Part shown: in pieces, positions 26,101 to 39,967 of the stretch
Position numbering within the stretch: the first letter of the stretch is position 1
Layout: each line of letters begins with the position of its first letter
Source: Raja brachyura
Lineage: Eukaryota
NCBI GenBank assembly: GCA_963514005.1
Contig: OY740798.1
Span: 11,222,001 to 11,286,000 of the forward strand
Length of the DNA: 64,000 bases
Direction of reading: 5' to 3'
Made by a program: the position numbers and the translations under genes
The notes under the pieces: generated by a model
What the model was told of the DNA's origin: nothing
The model's database searches: none
Seen by the model: the letters and a program-made list of their open reading frames with translations, nothing else

Positions 26101-29100
26101 GACTACTCCCTCTGCTGGCCAGATTGTCACCTGTTATGATTTGAGCAGCCTTGTGTATGTACACTGACATGAGTAATATTAGTATTTTATGATTCTTTAA
26201 ATAATATTCTGCATTGCCCAACCCCCTCCCAGTCTGAAGGAATTAAAAAATATATATTTCCTTTAGGCTTTCAGATAAAAACAGCCCTTTACAGTAGTGG
26301 AAACATCCACTTCAGTCCTTCAATCAAGCTCACATTTAAGTCAATGTTCTGTTTCTAGGGATTAATTACCAGCAATATGTGAAATGATAAAGTTGCTATT
26401 AATTAAGTTAAAAAGGGCATTAATACCACCGTGATGCTCATTCACTACTTTCTAAATAAATCATTTCATCTCTGCACAAGAATTCTTTAAGTAATATGTT
26501 ATTATCCACAATGATTTATACCAATTCAGTGATGAGCATGATAATTAAGACATCCAAGTCAGCCGAATGTGAAAACTAATAATACACAGATGTGACAGTA
26601 ATGCAAGTTTTCTGTATTTTGATGGATACAAAGAGCATATTGGACACAGGAAAAATACAAGTGAGTGCTCTTAATTACAGCTACAATGAAGCATTTCTTT
26701 GATTTTTGTTCCCAGAAGCAGCCTTTTTCTTTGCCCCCTCCTTTGCTTGCCAGGTTATTAGGGCTACCAGTGCCTTCTGTTACAGGATCTAACTGCACTT
26801 CTGTTTCATGAGATTTTGGCCTTAAACCAGCATCTCCCAGAGCAGGAGGGATCAGCTTTTTCCCCACTGTTTTCATATAAAGCCTGGCTTCAAAGTTACT
26901 CCAGCTCCTTGCTTTCCAGAAGGTTCCATCCCAGGAACTCTCGCCTGCCATTTGGTTTGCTTTCTCATCTCAAAGGAATTGGCTTGCAGTGTTTCCCGAT
27001 GTTGAACTGGCATTTGCTCTATGGAGTGAGTTATTATTAAACTTTTAGGTCAATTGTGGCACTAACAACTCTTCAGAAGCTTTCAGACACACAGTACAAT
27101 TTGCCTGCTAATTAAATATTAATATAAAGTGGTGCATTTGTAGATAAGAGCTTTCATGCTCTTTCTTTTCTTTCAGATGGGGGAGAAACGTTCTAAAGCA
27201 CATTTCAAAAGCTATATTGCAATACACACTTCAGCCTGTGAAAAAAAGCCACATGCTTGTGCAGTAAAAATACTAAAATGAAAGTTAAAAATGGAAACAC
27301 GCAAAACAAAGAAAATATAATTTTCAACCTGCGCCTATCCATCAGGTCTTTCAATTCATGGTTAAGCAAATATCCAGTGGAAACAAAATTTGTATGTCCA
27401 CATTATGTTGTATAATGATGACATGGACAAGACACAATCAACAAACCTAATACTTGAAAGTCAGTGCCATATGTATACAATTTCATATACATGCATTGTG
27501 TCTGCGTCTCTAAATGGGGCAAATCCAGAGGTTGTTTTGTCCCCTTTGTTCTGAATAGTTTACCAATGACCGAGATTCTGTGTAATTACTGACTGTAGAG
27601 TATGGAAGCCAAAGATCCCATATGCCTGAACAGATTACTATTCCCACACCATGATGAGAAGTTGACTGACTCAGGCTTACATCATTTAGTTGTGGACCTA
27701 AAAACACCAGGCCTTGTTCCCAGATATGTTTTGTCCAACTCTATTTCACTTATGTATATTTAGACAAATTAATTGGATGATGTTGCACAACTAAGTTTAA
27801 TCCCGGGGAATTTTTTACAGGTGCTTCTAAAATGTTCTGCACTTTTAACAATGTGGAAATTTCTAAGAATTAATAAATGACTGAATAATAGTAACTCAAT
27901 ATCTAGTGAGCATAATATTGTTGCATTTACTTGATCCATATGCTACTTCAGAATAAATAATATTAAATAAACATGGGTTGTAATCAGTCCTAGACACTGG
28001 CAATCTGACTCTGACCCCATTCGGATAAGCAATTCTATTTAAAACTGCTGCTGTTAGTTCTATGGGCATCCATCAGGTTCCAAAAGAGAGTTGAATATGG
28101 AATCTATATCTCTCTCAACATTTTGAAGTACTTGAATGAACAATCCTATACTTCATGTTATGCGAATTCTTTTTGTGTACCAGATATAGATGCTTAGTCT
28201 TGTAACCAGCAATAAAGAAAGCTATCTGTTGAAAGGGTATACTTATTTTAACTAATTTCCCATTTATATTCAAGTAACGTTCCATGACAAATAATGTTGA
28301 CACTGATAGCGCCTTCCCTACATGTTTTCTTTTTTCTGTCATAATCATTGCAAAGGAAATAAAACAGTATGCTAGATGTACGGTTATGAGATCCCACACT
28401 GTCTCCAATGATTGGAGAATTAGCAGCACGTGATGTTGTTTGAAGCTGTGGCAGAGCAGGAGCAGCAGGGGAGCTCTCTACTTTCCAATAAAAAGGCAAG
28501 TTTCTGAGGAATCGTTCTTCTTTTCATCATTTGTGGAACTGAAGAAAACAAAGTTGTTCAACAATGTGAACAGCTGCTATTATTAAACTAAAAGTCCACC
28601 AGTGCTTGAGACTGAGAGGCCCACATGTTCAGCTGTCCTCTCATCTTGCCATCCTATCCAATTAACTATTAACATGGAGGGCTTTACACATGCTCTCAGG
28701 GACTCTTTAACAGGCTTCTTGGAGAGTTAAACAACTGCACAGCAGGGACTCTGGGAACTGAGTAGCACTGACTGCATGAAAATTCTTGCCAGCTTCACTC
28801 CACTTAATGACAGCTCACTCTGCAGTTTAGTGTTTGATTGAGACGGTCAGAAAATTTAACCATTTTTTACAAAATAGATCTGCCTATCAGAAACTTCTGC
28901 TTGTAAAACTAAACACAGTCATTCTTAACAAATACATCTGCCCCTTCAAAACATTGATACAACAGTGGAATGCAGAAATAGTTATTTTTACTGAGGCTAA
29001 TAATGTATCTACATTTACAGCAACATTAACAGCTGTCCATGCAACCAATAGTGAGCACAGCTGGAGTCTGAAGTATTCAATTTTTGGTGCAACTTAAATT

Positions 29101-30179
29101 AGCTTAACGTTTATGGATTATTCGATTTAGAATGTTCCTGCAACCATCGTATTTCCAAAAGTAAATTTGAATGCCCATCAACAGAGTCCCTTTATAAAGA
29201 TTTTATTTGGTTATTCACTCTTGTAGTTTCTTGATTAGTTACAGATTTCTCCAAGTAACCAGGACATCAGTTCCTCACTGACTTTGCCAATAGTCACTTT
29301 GACAACACTTTGAATTCTTGTCTTTTTTTTTAAAAAGGAACTTGATAATTTGCAGATAGAATAAAACTCCTTAAAGAACTCATTAAATGTTCACAATATT
29401 TGCTTGGCATGTCTCCAATATGTCTTTTCCCTTCATAAGGAACATTAGAGCACTTCCTCTGAATTTCTAAGAAACCCCATGAGAACCAAAACAGTTCAAC
29501 GTCTTAGGATTAGTGCAGTCACTGCCACTCAAACAGAAGTATCAACTGAATCTTAAGTGAATCTAAGTTAATTTTAGAGAGGATTGGAACACAATTTAGA
29601 AACTACCAAATAACACCGTCCAATTCTGATGTACTTTATTTGTATATATATATATTAAGCTAATCAGCCATCAAGTTAAGGCGTTTTTTACTTTAATTAT
29701 TAATTATTTTGTACAGGTTTTGAGCATACAACATAATGTTAGGCCAGGGCAGGTTGTAAAATATTACAAAGTGTAATGCCAAAATAGTTGGCAATTAGCC
29801 TTGTAAGTCATTGAAGGCTTCCAGTCTGTGCTGAGGTTTCTCTTGACTGCACTATTGACATTGGCCACACGGTCCAGCAGTGGAGCGTAACCTTGATGCT
29901 ATAACCCAGGGGCGATGCTGGGAAATCTGCTAAATAAACCTGAAGCAGGAACAGCCCATTAATTCCAATGAAGAAGAAGAATGGCCGATGAGAACCAGGA
30001 CTTTAATACATTTTTCTACTTCTTATTAATTGGATTTTCGTGCTCTGGTTAATTGTATTTTATTGTTTTTTCCCCAGTGTTTGAGGGTGTTTAGATTATT
30101 TAAAGCTCTTGACATGTTTCATAGTCATCAAAGACTTGGGACATCGTTTAGCTGACTTGCAATGTTTTTCAATTATGTT

Positions 30180-30325
30180 GAGAGCATCTCTGGAGAAAAT
30201 GGATAGGTGATGTTTTGGGTCAGAGTCTGAAGAAGGATCCCAACCTGAAACGTCACCTATACCCCAGTATTTTGTGTCTATCTTTGGTATGAACCAGCAC
30301 CTGCAGTTCCTTTTTATTACAGAAC
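30180..30325. repeat. Inverted pair of Penelope pLTR fragments
   Basis: ggataggtgatgttttgggtc followed by tctgaagaaggatcccaacctgaaacgtcacctat. Confidence 0.7.
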
Positions 30326-31272
30326 CATTTTCTTGGAATGCACAAGAATAGACAACAGTGAATGAAAATCAAATTCCAAATTTGTGGTGCAATTTAGATG
30401 GAACTAAAAGAGAAAAGGCTGGAATTACTCGACAAGTCCAATTGCATGTTAGAGTGGATTTAATATTTTGCCTTTCATCAGAAATGATCTGCTGAATATT
30501 TTGAAAGTTTTGTTTTTATTTCAGATTCCTAACATCCGCAATGTTTTGCTTTTGGATTACAGAATAGGCAGAAATTGTTCACAGATCATTCTGTCTATCC
30601 AAGAAAATAATTGTTGCATTGTTGCTGGAAAAAATAGCTCTGAGAAGTGGCCTACATTTATATACACTATTTTATTAAAAGAAAATAATATTTAATGATT
30701 TCGGGTAGAGTTAACCCAGCCATTTAAAAATGTAGCAAATGACTTGTAAAAGTAACAACTTGGTCAAATACCTTGACCATTTCAATGAACTTGAATATAA
30801 CTTGATCTTCAATAGAACTTGAAATTTCAACAATATGTAAAAAAACAAACAAAAGGGAACCCTGCAGATGCTGAAAATACTCAGGTGGTCAGGCAGCATC
30901 TGTAGAAAGGGAAACAAGATGAATGTTTCAGATTGAAGACCCTTAGTTGGATCTACCGGGAATGAGAGAAACATTTATGAAGGATCTTTCACTGGTAACA
31001 TTAATTCTGTTTCTCTTTCAATGGGCTGATCTGTTGAGTTTCCAGCATTTTCTATTTTTATTGCAGCATTCCAAAATCAGCATTTAAAAATGTTCAATGG
31101 TGGAAGATTGATAAATATAGATGTCGATCATCAAAAAATAAAACCAATTTGATTGAAAATGCCAAATTCGTCCTTTATGGAGGCGCAAGAAAATGATCAA
31201 ATAAGGCCAAATCAGACTGCATTACAATGTAAATTCCATTGAAAAGTCATCCATCCCAATAAATTTCCAAAT

Positions 31273-31670
31273 TCTCCCCTACTTGCGCAAAAGGCAACTT
31301 GTGTAAACTTGCACTTGCGTAAACAATTCTGTACTCAGTCCATTGTGCAATCAAGGCAATTTGTAATTTCCACAACAGGATCATTCAAGTTTATATCGTA
31401 AACAAGCCGGTAATGGTGGCGGTGCTTACCTAGAAGGCCGCACGCCACAGAAAGTGCCCCGAAGGTGAGATGGAACTCAAGCCTGCAATGGCGGTGCTTA
31501 TCCAAAAGGCCACGTTCTGGAGAAAGTGCCCCAGACGCAACCAAACGTGCTGAGACGGTTCTCACTGAGTTATTTCGGAAGGAATGGGGATGGCGATTCC
31601 AACTTATGCAAAATTTGACTTATGTAACTATTCACAGAACATAACCCTTACATAGGTCAGGGAGAGCCTG
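31273..31670. mobile_element. Tc1/mariner (Tigger/pogo-like) MITE
   Basis: Right end ...ccttacataggtcagggagagcctg|ta; left end ctcccctacttgcgcaa is a truncated, imperfect inverted copy. The paralogous empty site is at about 32155-32165. Confidence 0.65.
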
Positions 31671-32399
31671 TATCAAAACTTCTTTAAAAAACAAAGTGAA
31701 ACAATAGAAAAAATAAAACAAAATAAAGGCATAAAATGAAAATGTGCTTTCTTGAACAAGAAACAAAATAAATTGGTATGGGGCATTTGGGTCCTGTTTC
31801 CTGCTTCACCATTCAATAAATTAGGGTTGATCTTTTATGACATTGAAATTTTCCCATACTAAATCTGTATCTCTTGATTCCTTTAATGTTAAACAAATAT
31901 ACCAATCTTTTCCCAGGGTATATTGGACTACTGAGCCTCCACAATCCTCATGGGTTTTTTTTTCCTTTGAAGAAATGTCTCATCCATGTTCTGACTGGCT
32001 TGTTAATTTGAAACCTTGGCCATTCCATCTGCCCTAACCAAGGAAATGTAATTCCAACATTGCAGTCCAAATTCCTCCTCAAGCCTTTTATCCCGATACA
32101 GACTGCACTTCAATGTAAATTCCATTCAAAAATCATCCATCCTAATACATTTTCAAATATATAAACTTCTTTAAAAAAATACCAGTGAAACAATGGAAAT
32201 ATAACAAAATAACGGCAGAAACAGAAAATGTGCTTTTTTGAACAAATCTAAAACTGTCACCTCTAGATAATGTTAGAAGATTGTGAGATAAAATCACTAA
32301 TTTGCCAAGTTATTTCCTAGAGTGGCAGACGTAAAATATTTAGAGTTCTATTTGATGAAGAGTAGAAAATAATACATCACAAAGTATTTCTCCTTAACT

Positions 32400-32995
32400 G
32401 GGTGTATGATTACTGCTTAAATGGGTTAGTTTGCTTGTTTGCAGATGACACAAAAATTGGAGTTGTGGATAATGAAGAAGGCTGTCAAGGGATACAGCAG
32501 AATATAGAGCAGTTAAAGATATGGGGGGGGGGGGGGGGGAGAAGAGTGGTAGATATAGTTCATGTACGGGCAAGTATGAGATGTTGCACTTTGTGAGGTA
32601 AGATGCAAAAGTATACAGTTGATAGCAGGACCCTTAACAGCACTGACTGTGACAGGGATCTTTGGGTCTAAGTCCATAGTAGCTTCCTAAATGTAGCAAC
32701 ACAAGTAGATGGAGTGGAAAAGAAGGCATACAGTATCATCGGTTGGGGCATTGAGTATAAAGTCAGGAAGTCATAATGCAATGAGAACTTTATAAATCTA
32801 TGGTTAAGCTGTATTTGGATTGTCTGCAGTTTTGGTCGCCCCTTTACAGGAAGGATGTGGAGGCTTTGGAGAGGGTGCAGGAGAAGTTTACCAGAATGCT
32901 GCCTGGATTTGAAGGTATGAGCTATAAGGAGGGATGGAACATCAGAGGCTGAACGGAGACCTAATATAAATGTATAAAATTATGAGAGCCAAAAG
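32400..32995 (+). mobile_element. Degenerate CR1 RT fragment
   Basis: LFADDTKIGVVDNEEGCQGIQQNIEQL; later tttaccagaatgctgcctgga (FTRMLPG). Confidence 0.85.
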
Positions 32996-35900
32996 ACAAG
33001 GTAATCTTATATGTAATTATCTCATGCAAAACATTGTTTCATAAAAATTCTGGTGGGTAACTGGAAAGTGATGATAATGAAACTTCCATTGAATGTCAAA
33101 GAGTAACACATTAGCCCTATTATAAATTCCAGTAAATTCTGCAATTGAACAAAGACTCAGTCATTGCTCAGAAATAGTTTATGAACATTGGTAATTGATA
33201 ATGCAAAAAATAGAAAACCATGTCAAGCAATCTCCCAAGTCATAGTTGTTGTTTTACAGTGAAAGAAATGTGAACCCAGAGGCTAACTTGAAGACTGTTG
33301 TGAAGTGCAGTGCCGCAAGGAAATACATCACCTTATTGCTAATGTCACATTGATAGATGGCATGTTATTTTACGGAAAATACTTCAATCTGAAGTCTTGT
33401 CCTTTACAAATGCGCCGCTGATTTAATACATTCAGAAGCAGACATGAATTGAAAATGACATTCTTAAAAATTATTGGAGAATATTCTCAGAACCGCATTT
33501 TAATTCAGACGTGTTTTGAATAATCTTCATATTAGTGTTGCTATGGAGGCAAGCATCTATGGGGGAAAAAGTAGATTATCCCATAAAGTTACAGAACGTA
33601 GCTGCTTATAAAGGGCGAAGATTGTAACTGCACCGAGGCAAAGCAACAATAGCATTCCGAAATAAGTGTGGAAGGAACATGAACTGTATAAATATTTACA
33701 TTCATATGTGGTATTTGCCAAATGATTCCTTGAGCACCAATCAGCATCTGGGATGTCAGCATTAATTTTTGATCAGTAAGGGTGTCAGGGGTTGTGGGGC
33801 AAAGGCAGGAGAACGGGGTTGTGAGGGAAAGATTGAATGGTGGAGTAGACTTGATTGGCCGAATAGCCTAATTCTGCTCCTATAACTTATGAACATTGGT
33901 AAAAAGGATGAAATGGTAAACCGCAAAACAGGCCAAACATGATGCCAAGTTAAACTAATCTCATCTGCCTACATGCGATCCATATTGCTATATTCCCTGC
34001 ATATCCTTGTGTTAATCCAAAAGCACAGAAGACCTGGTGGTTTACCCCTTTTAGTTATTAATAAGTTTTTGCACGAAATGATGAGATACATCATTTGTAT
34101 ATCACAGTTTGACTACTGAGGTTCAAATGACCATGGTACTGGAATGCAGTTGCTATTGGTTGAACAGTTTCCAATAGTTCTGAAAAATCAGCGCAAATCC
34201 TAAGGAGAAGTTGTTGGAGGTAAGATGCAACACTGAGGTGAAAAAATGAGGAAAAACCGCACCAATTATTAATTAAAGCATCTGAGGCGATGGGCCTTAC
34301 ACCCAACAGCTGTGAGAGCAGGATCCTCCATCAACCGATCCCCGCTCTACCACACTGCCCTCTGATAATAACAAAAAATCACACCTAGATCTTGGAAAAT
34401 ATGAACCATTATCCATATGGTTACAATATGAACCATCAAATATGAACCATTGATGATACATAATCAAATTAAATCACTATCTTCTCCTTGGTCAACATCC
34501 CTAGAACTAAAAACCTTAATTATTCTTTGTCGGCAATGTTGGGCTGGCTGTGTAATTGGACTCCTGAAACAGACAATCTATTGCACGCCCTGTTATGGCA
34601 AATTACCCAGTTGGACCCTTGGTTTATCGAAAAGGAACATTTGAGATGTAAAAGTAACAATCTCAAACATTGTATTGGTCAGTAGGAGGATGAAATACCA
34701 AATATTGATTAAAAGCAGAAGTTACATGTGGTAATACTCAGCAAACCATCCCAATCTGTCAAACAAGGTATATTGAACAGCTCCGTCAAGAGTCAAGAGT
34801 GTTTTATTGTCATATGTCCCAGATAGACCAATGAAATCCAATCCAATCCTGAATGTTCTTTCAGACCATATACCAATCTGACTCAGTCTATCACCTCGGA
34901 TCATGTCCAACATGTCTCAAATTGGATGGTCAGATTCTATACTAAAAAAGTGACAACATTTTTGCATGCTGAACAACAATGCTATTGATGGAGGCATCTG
35001 CTTGCAATTATGTAAAAGAGTGCCCGAGGATGTTCGTAGATGCTTAACCCTCCTTTTATAGTAGATCCCAGTCCCATCTCCCACCAAGAATGACAATAAT
35101 CCCAATTTCACTGGATTGCTATCAATTATGAAACATACACATCATGCCTTGAAACTTCTTAACTAATACCATCAAGGAGTCATCATCATCATCATCAGAA
35201 GCATTGAAACAGCAGCAACGATAATGTGGATGTACATAGCAGTTAGCATGATGCAGAAAGTTAACAAGGCACCAAAACAATTCATGAAAGATTTATCAGA
35301 ACAAATTTGACACAAAGCTCAAAAACCTTTGTTAAAGAGGTGGGTTTTAAGGAGACAATTACAGAAATGTCTGAAGATTTCAGCATCTGTGGAAAGAGAA
35401 AAAAAAAGTAATTCGAGCAAGGGAGACATCTTCGTTAAGGGAGACATGCCTGGAAGAGAAGTCACAGTGAATTTAACAGCGATAGAAAAAATGAAACTGG
35501 AATTTGAAAGAGAAGTTCTGGATAAACACAGCCAGTTAAGCAGCATTTCAGCCATACTGCACAAAACAGGCCCTTTGGCTCAACTCATCAATGACAATCA
35601 AGATGCCCTACCCATGCTAGTCCTGAGAAAAGAGAACCCAGGTAAAGCTTTAGGTTGAAGAGTCTTCGTCTTAACTGAGGAAGAGAAGGTTTTAAGGAGA
35701 ACAGGAACTATGGAGACGCTGCTCAGAAAGGGGCAATTTAGACCATTGTAACTATGCTGACTGAAAATTAAATTAGATTTGCTCATTAGTTTCTGACACC
35801 AGCCCTATAAGCACATCAAGAATGGGGAATGGGGTTCGGAGGGAGAGATATTTCCGCCATGAATGGCAGAGTAGACTTGATGGGCTGAATGTCCTAATTC

Positions 35901-36429
35901 CGCTCCTATTACTCATGACCTAATGTGCTCATACACATACTTTTGAAAATGTGATAAGGGTTTCTGCCTTCAGGTATTGAAAGTTAGAAATCCCTTCCTT
36001 AAACATCTGCATGTCTAATTTAGCTAGGCAGCCAAAGGCATTAGGAATGCACTAGGAATCAACCTGGAGGATCAAACAAAATTAGAAAGATTTGTGGGAG
36101 TGGATGTGGTTACAGAGAAAGGATAACAGGACAACAGAGTAATTTGAAAATCAACATGTTGATTTTACAGTGAACACAATGATTTGGTGTACTGTACATG
36201 GGCAGAGTTTGCTAACAGCTCAGGTTTACTTGTATGCATGTTGAAAGGCCAGCAAAGTGCATTTTAAAAGGACAGGCAAGATGAAATAGCCCATATATTT
36301 ATGAAAGAGATAAAGGCATTCAAGAGGAAGGATCACTTTGCAGGTAGCCAAGAAGAAGCAAGAGGAGTTGTATATGGCCCTGAAGAAAGTGTAAATGCAG
36401 AGTATACCATAAATCAAGAAGCTAAAGGT

Positions 36430-37270
36430 GCATATAACACAACACGATAATCAGAGGGGGACTTTAATTAAGATCGGGCAAACCAAACGAACAGTAAAAT
36501 TGTGAAGGATAATTTCCTGCATTTTTAAAGAGCTGATTTTCTAGATCAGTACAGTTAGGTACCAATGCAGGAAAGGGCTATTTCAAATCTAGCAGAATCA
36601 TGAGCAAGGATTTACTAGTATTCATGGATTTAAGGAGCCTTTAGAGCGCCGTGATCATAAAATGATCAGAATTTTCTACAAAAATTGAAAGTGATTTTGT
36701 TCAGTCTATTGGGGAACAAGTAAATGGTTGAGAAATAAAACAAATATTTTGTGCCTGGTTTTAAATGCTGCATTACAAATGTCCGGCAAATACTGGAGAA
36801 CAGCAGTTCTGGAGTGAATGAGGAAATGAAATAAATTCAAAATTTATTAATAAGGAAAATTAATGCCATTCAATGATATTAAAACCCGACGCATTTATCC
36901 TCGGATTTTGAAGGAGATGGTGTTTAAGGAGATAGTAAATGCATTAGGTGTCATCTTCAAAGGATCCAGCATGGCTAATGAAAGAATCTAGAATGGTTCC
37001 TGCAGCTTGCAAGACAGCAAATGTAACTCCACAATTTAAGGAAGGATGTAGATTAAAAACAAGATTCTATACACATGTTCACTTGATATTAGTTGTATGG
37101 TAAATGTTGTAGTCTACACTGAAATGAGTAGCCAAAGCATACTATAGAGTTGGAACTGAGTTTGAATTCAGGGGACATAGGTATTTTTGTACAAAAATGT
37201 GTGAACATTCACATGTATAGCAGCGAATCAAGGTCAAAATGAATGCTGGGCTATACATAAAAGGATTTTA
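36430..37270 (+). mobile_element. Very old CR1 fragment
   Basis: gggggactttaa (GDFN), gtgatcataa (DH) and gcaaatgtaactccacaatttaag (ANVTPxFK) occur in the expected order; many stops. Confidence 0.65.
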
Positions 37271-37304
37271 GTACAAACAAATATTGTTCCTATTGGATAT
37301 TCAA

Positions 37305-37482
37305 AGATAGACACAAAATGCTGGAGTAATTCAGCAGGACAGGCAGTGCCTATGGAGAGTCTCTGGTGATGTTTCAGGTCGAATTCCTTCTCTCCAGAGA
37401 TGCTGCCTGTCCTGCTGAGTTACTCCAGCATTTTGTGTCTATCTTCGAATTTAACCAGCACCTGCAGTTCTTTCCTACACAC
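37305..37482. repeat. Fold-back (inverted) Penelope pLTR insertion
   Basis: agatagacacaaaatgctggagtaattcagcaggacaggcag ... ctgcctgtcctgctgagttactccagcattttgtgtctatct: about 40-bp near-perfect inverted repeat. Confidence 0.8.
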
Positions 37483-37497
37483 AGGACTGGATTTGGC

Positions 37498-39735
37498 TAA
37501 CATAGAAACATAGAAAAATAGGTGCAGGAGTAGGCCATTCAGCCCTTCAAGCCTGCACCGCCATTCAATATGATCATGGCTGATCATCCAACTCAGTATC
37601 CCGTACCTGCCTTCTCTCCATACCCCCTGATCCCTTTAGCCACAACAGCCACATCCAACTCCCTCTTGAATATTGCCAATGAACTGGCCTCAACGACCTT
37701 CTGTGGCAGAGAATTCCAGAGACTCACCACTCTCTGTGTGAAGAATGTTTTCCTCATCTCGTTCCTAAAGGAATTCCCCCTTATCCTTAGACTGTGACCC
37801 CTTGTTAGGACTCCCCCAGCATCGGGAACAATCTTCCTGCATCTAGCTTGTCCAACCCCTTAAGAATTTTGTAACTTTCTATAAGATTCCCCCCTCAATC
37901 TTCTAAATTCCAGTGAGTACAAGCCGAGTCTTTCCAGTCTTTCTTCATATGAAAGTCCCGACATCCCAGGAATCAGTCTGGTGAACCTTCTCTGAACCCC
38001 TTCTATGGCAAGAATGTCTTTCCTCAAATTTGGAGACCAAAAACTGTACGCAATACTCCAGGTGTGGTCTCACCAAAACCCTGTACAACTGCAATAGAAC
38101 CTCCCTGCTCCTGTACTCAAATCCTTTCGCTATGAATGCTAACATACCATTTGCTTTCTTCACTGCCTGCTGCACCTGCATGCCTACTTTCAATGACTGG
38201 TGCACCATGACACCCAGGTCTCGTTGCATCTCCCCTTTTCCTAATCTGCCACCATTCAGATAATAGTCTACCCTCATGTTTTTGCCACCAAAGTGGATAA
38301 CCTCACATTTATCCACATTATACTGCATCTGCCATGCATCTGCCCATTCACTCAGCCTATCCAAATCACCCTGCAGCCTCCTAGCATCCTCCTCACACCT
38401 AACTATACCCCCCAGCTTGGTGTCATCTGCAAATTTGGAGATGTTGCATTCAATTCCCTCGTCCAAATCATTAATGTATATTGTAAATAGCTGGGGTCCA
38501 GCACTGAGTATTGTGGTACCCTTGGTGAAGACAGGACCAAAGTAGTTATTCAATTGGTCTGTCATGTCCTTTTCCCCACAGATCAATTCACCTGCTTCTG
38601 ACTGCAAGGGACCAACATTTGTTCTAACTAGTCTCTTTCTCTTCACATATCTATAAAAACGTCTGCAGTCAGTTTTTGCACTCACTGCCTGCCATTCTGA
38701 AAAGGACCCGTTTACTCCTACCCTTTGCTTCCTGTCTGCCAGCCAGTTGTCTATCCACATCAATATTGAACCACCAATACTGTGTGCTTTAAGATTATAT
38801 ACTAATCTCTTATGTGGGACCTTGTCGAAAGCCTTCTGAAAGTCCAGATATAACACATCCACTGGTTCTCCCTTATCCACTCTACTAGTTACATCCTTGA
38901 AAAATTCTATAAGATTCGTCAGACATGATTTACCTCTTGTAAATCCATGCTGACTTTGCCCAATGATTTCACCACTTTCCAAATGCGCTGCTATCCCATC
39001 TTTAATAACTGACTCTAGCAGTTTCCCCACTACCGATGTTAGACTAACTGGTCTGTAATTCCCCGCTTTCTCTCTCCCTCCTTTTTTAAAAAGTGGGGTT
39101 ACATTAGCTATCCTCCAATCCTCAGGAACTACTCCAGAATCTAAGGTGTTTTGAAAAAATATCACTAATGCATCCACTATTTCCGTGGCTACTTCCTTGA
39201 GCACTCTGGGACGCAGACTATCTTGCCCTGGGGATTTATCGGCCTTTAATCCATTCAATTTACCCAATACCACTTCCCGGCTAACCTGGATTTCACTCAG
39301 TTCCGCCATCTTATTTGACCTCTGGTCCACTGCTATTTCCGGCAGATTATTTATGTCTTCCTTAGTGAAGACAGAACCAAAGTAGTTATTCAATTGGTCG
39401 GCCATGTCCTTGTTCCCCATGATTCTGACTGCAAGGGACCAACATTTGTTCTAACTAGTCTCTTTCTCTTCACATATCTATAAAATGTTGCAGTCAGTTT
39501 TTATGTTCCCTATCAGTTTCCTTTCGTAATCTATTTTCCCTTCCCTAATTAAGCCCTTTGTCCTCCTCTGCTGGATTCTGAATTTCTCCCAGTCCTCTGG
39601 TAGGCTGCTTTTTTTGGCCAATTTGTATGCCTCATCTTTAGTTTTTATACTATCCCTGATTTCCCTCGTTATCCACGGATGCACCACCTTCCCCGATTTA
39701 TTCTTTTGCCAAACTAGTATGAACAATTTTTGTAC
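37498..39735 (-). mobile_element. 5'-truncated young CR1 LINE (RT domain) with an internal insertion
   Basis: ORF 37945..39420 has NYRPVSLTSVVGKLLE, QHGF, YLDFQKAFDKV, FADDTKL, RPHLEYCVQF; 3' tail (TTTCTATG)n; frameshifts present. Confidence 0.95.
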
Positions 39736-39967
39736 TTCATTGTTTTCTAATTATGCTATACTTTATCTCAGAGCTCTGTATCTTTCCTCAATTTGAATAT
39801 GTCTATTTTTCTAATAATTCATGTCAAAATTGGCAATTTACTATGCTCAGATTATAGTAATTTTTTCAGATTTTAGCTTACTTAACTATATTCTTCCACA
39901 GCTTCCTTATGTCCCAGCTTACTTCTTCGTATCATGGCAGCTTCGACGTTAGACGTTTGGTGCCATT

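Noticed and set aside
26559-26951. 130-aa ORF, and similarly 19396..19797 and 35329..35658
   Set aside because: No recognisable domain or supporting exon structure; expected by chance.
34398-34450. Three copies of aatatgaaccat as a possible array
   Set aside because: Short, irregularly spaced micro-duplication. No CRISPR-like or other prokaryotic system is present in this vertebrate intronic DNA.
37945-39420. 491-aa ORF as an intact gene
   Set aside because: It is a truncated CR1 ORF2 with an insertion in the RT core and a frameshifted C-terminus.
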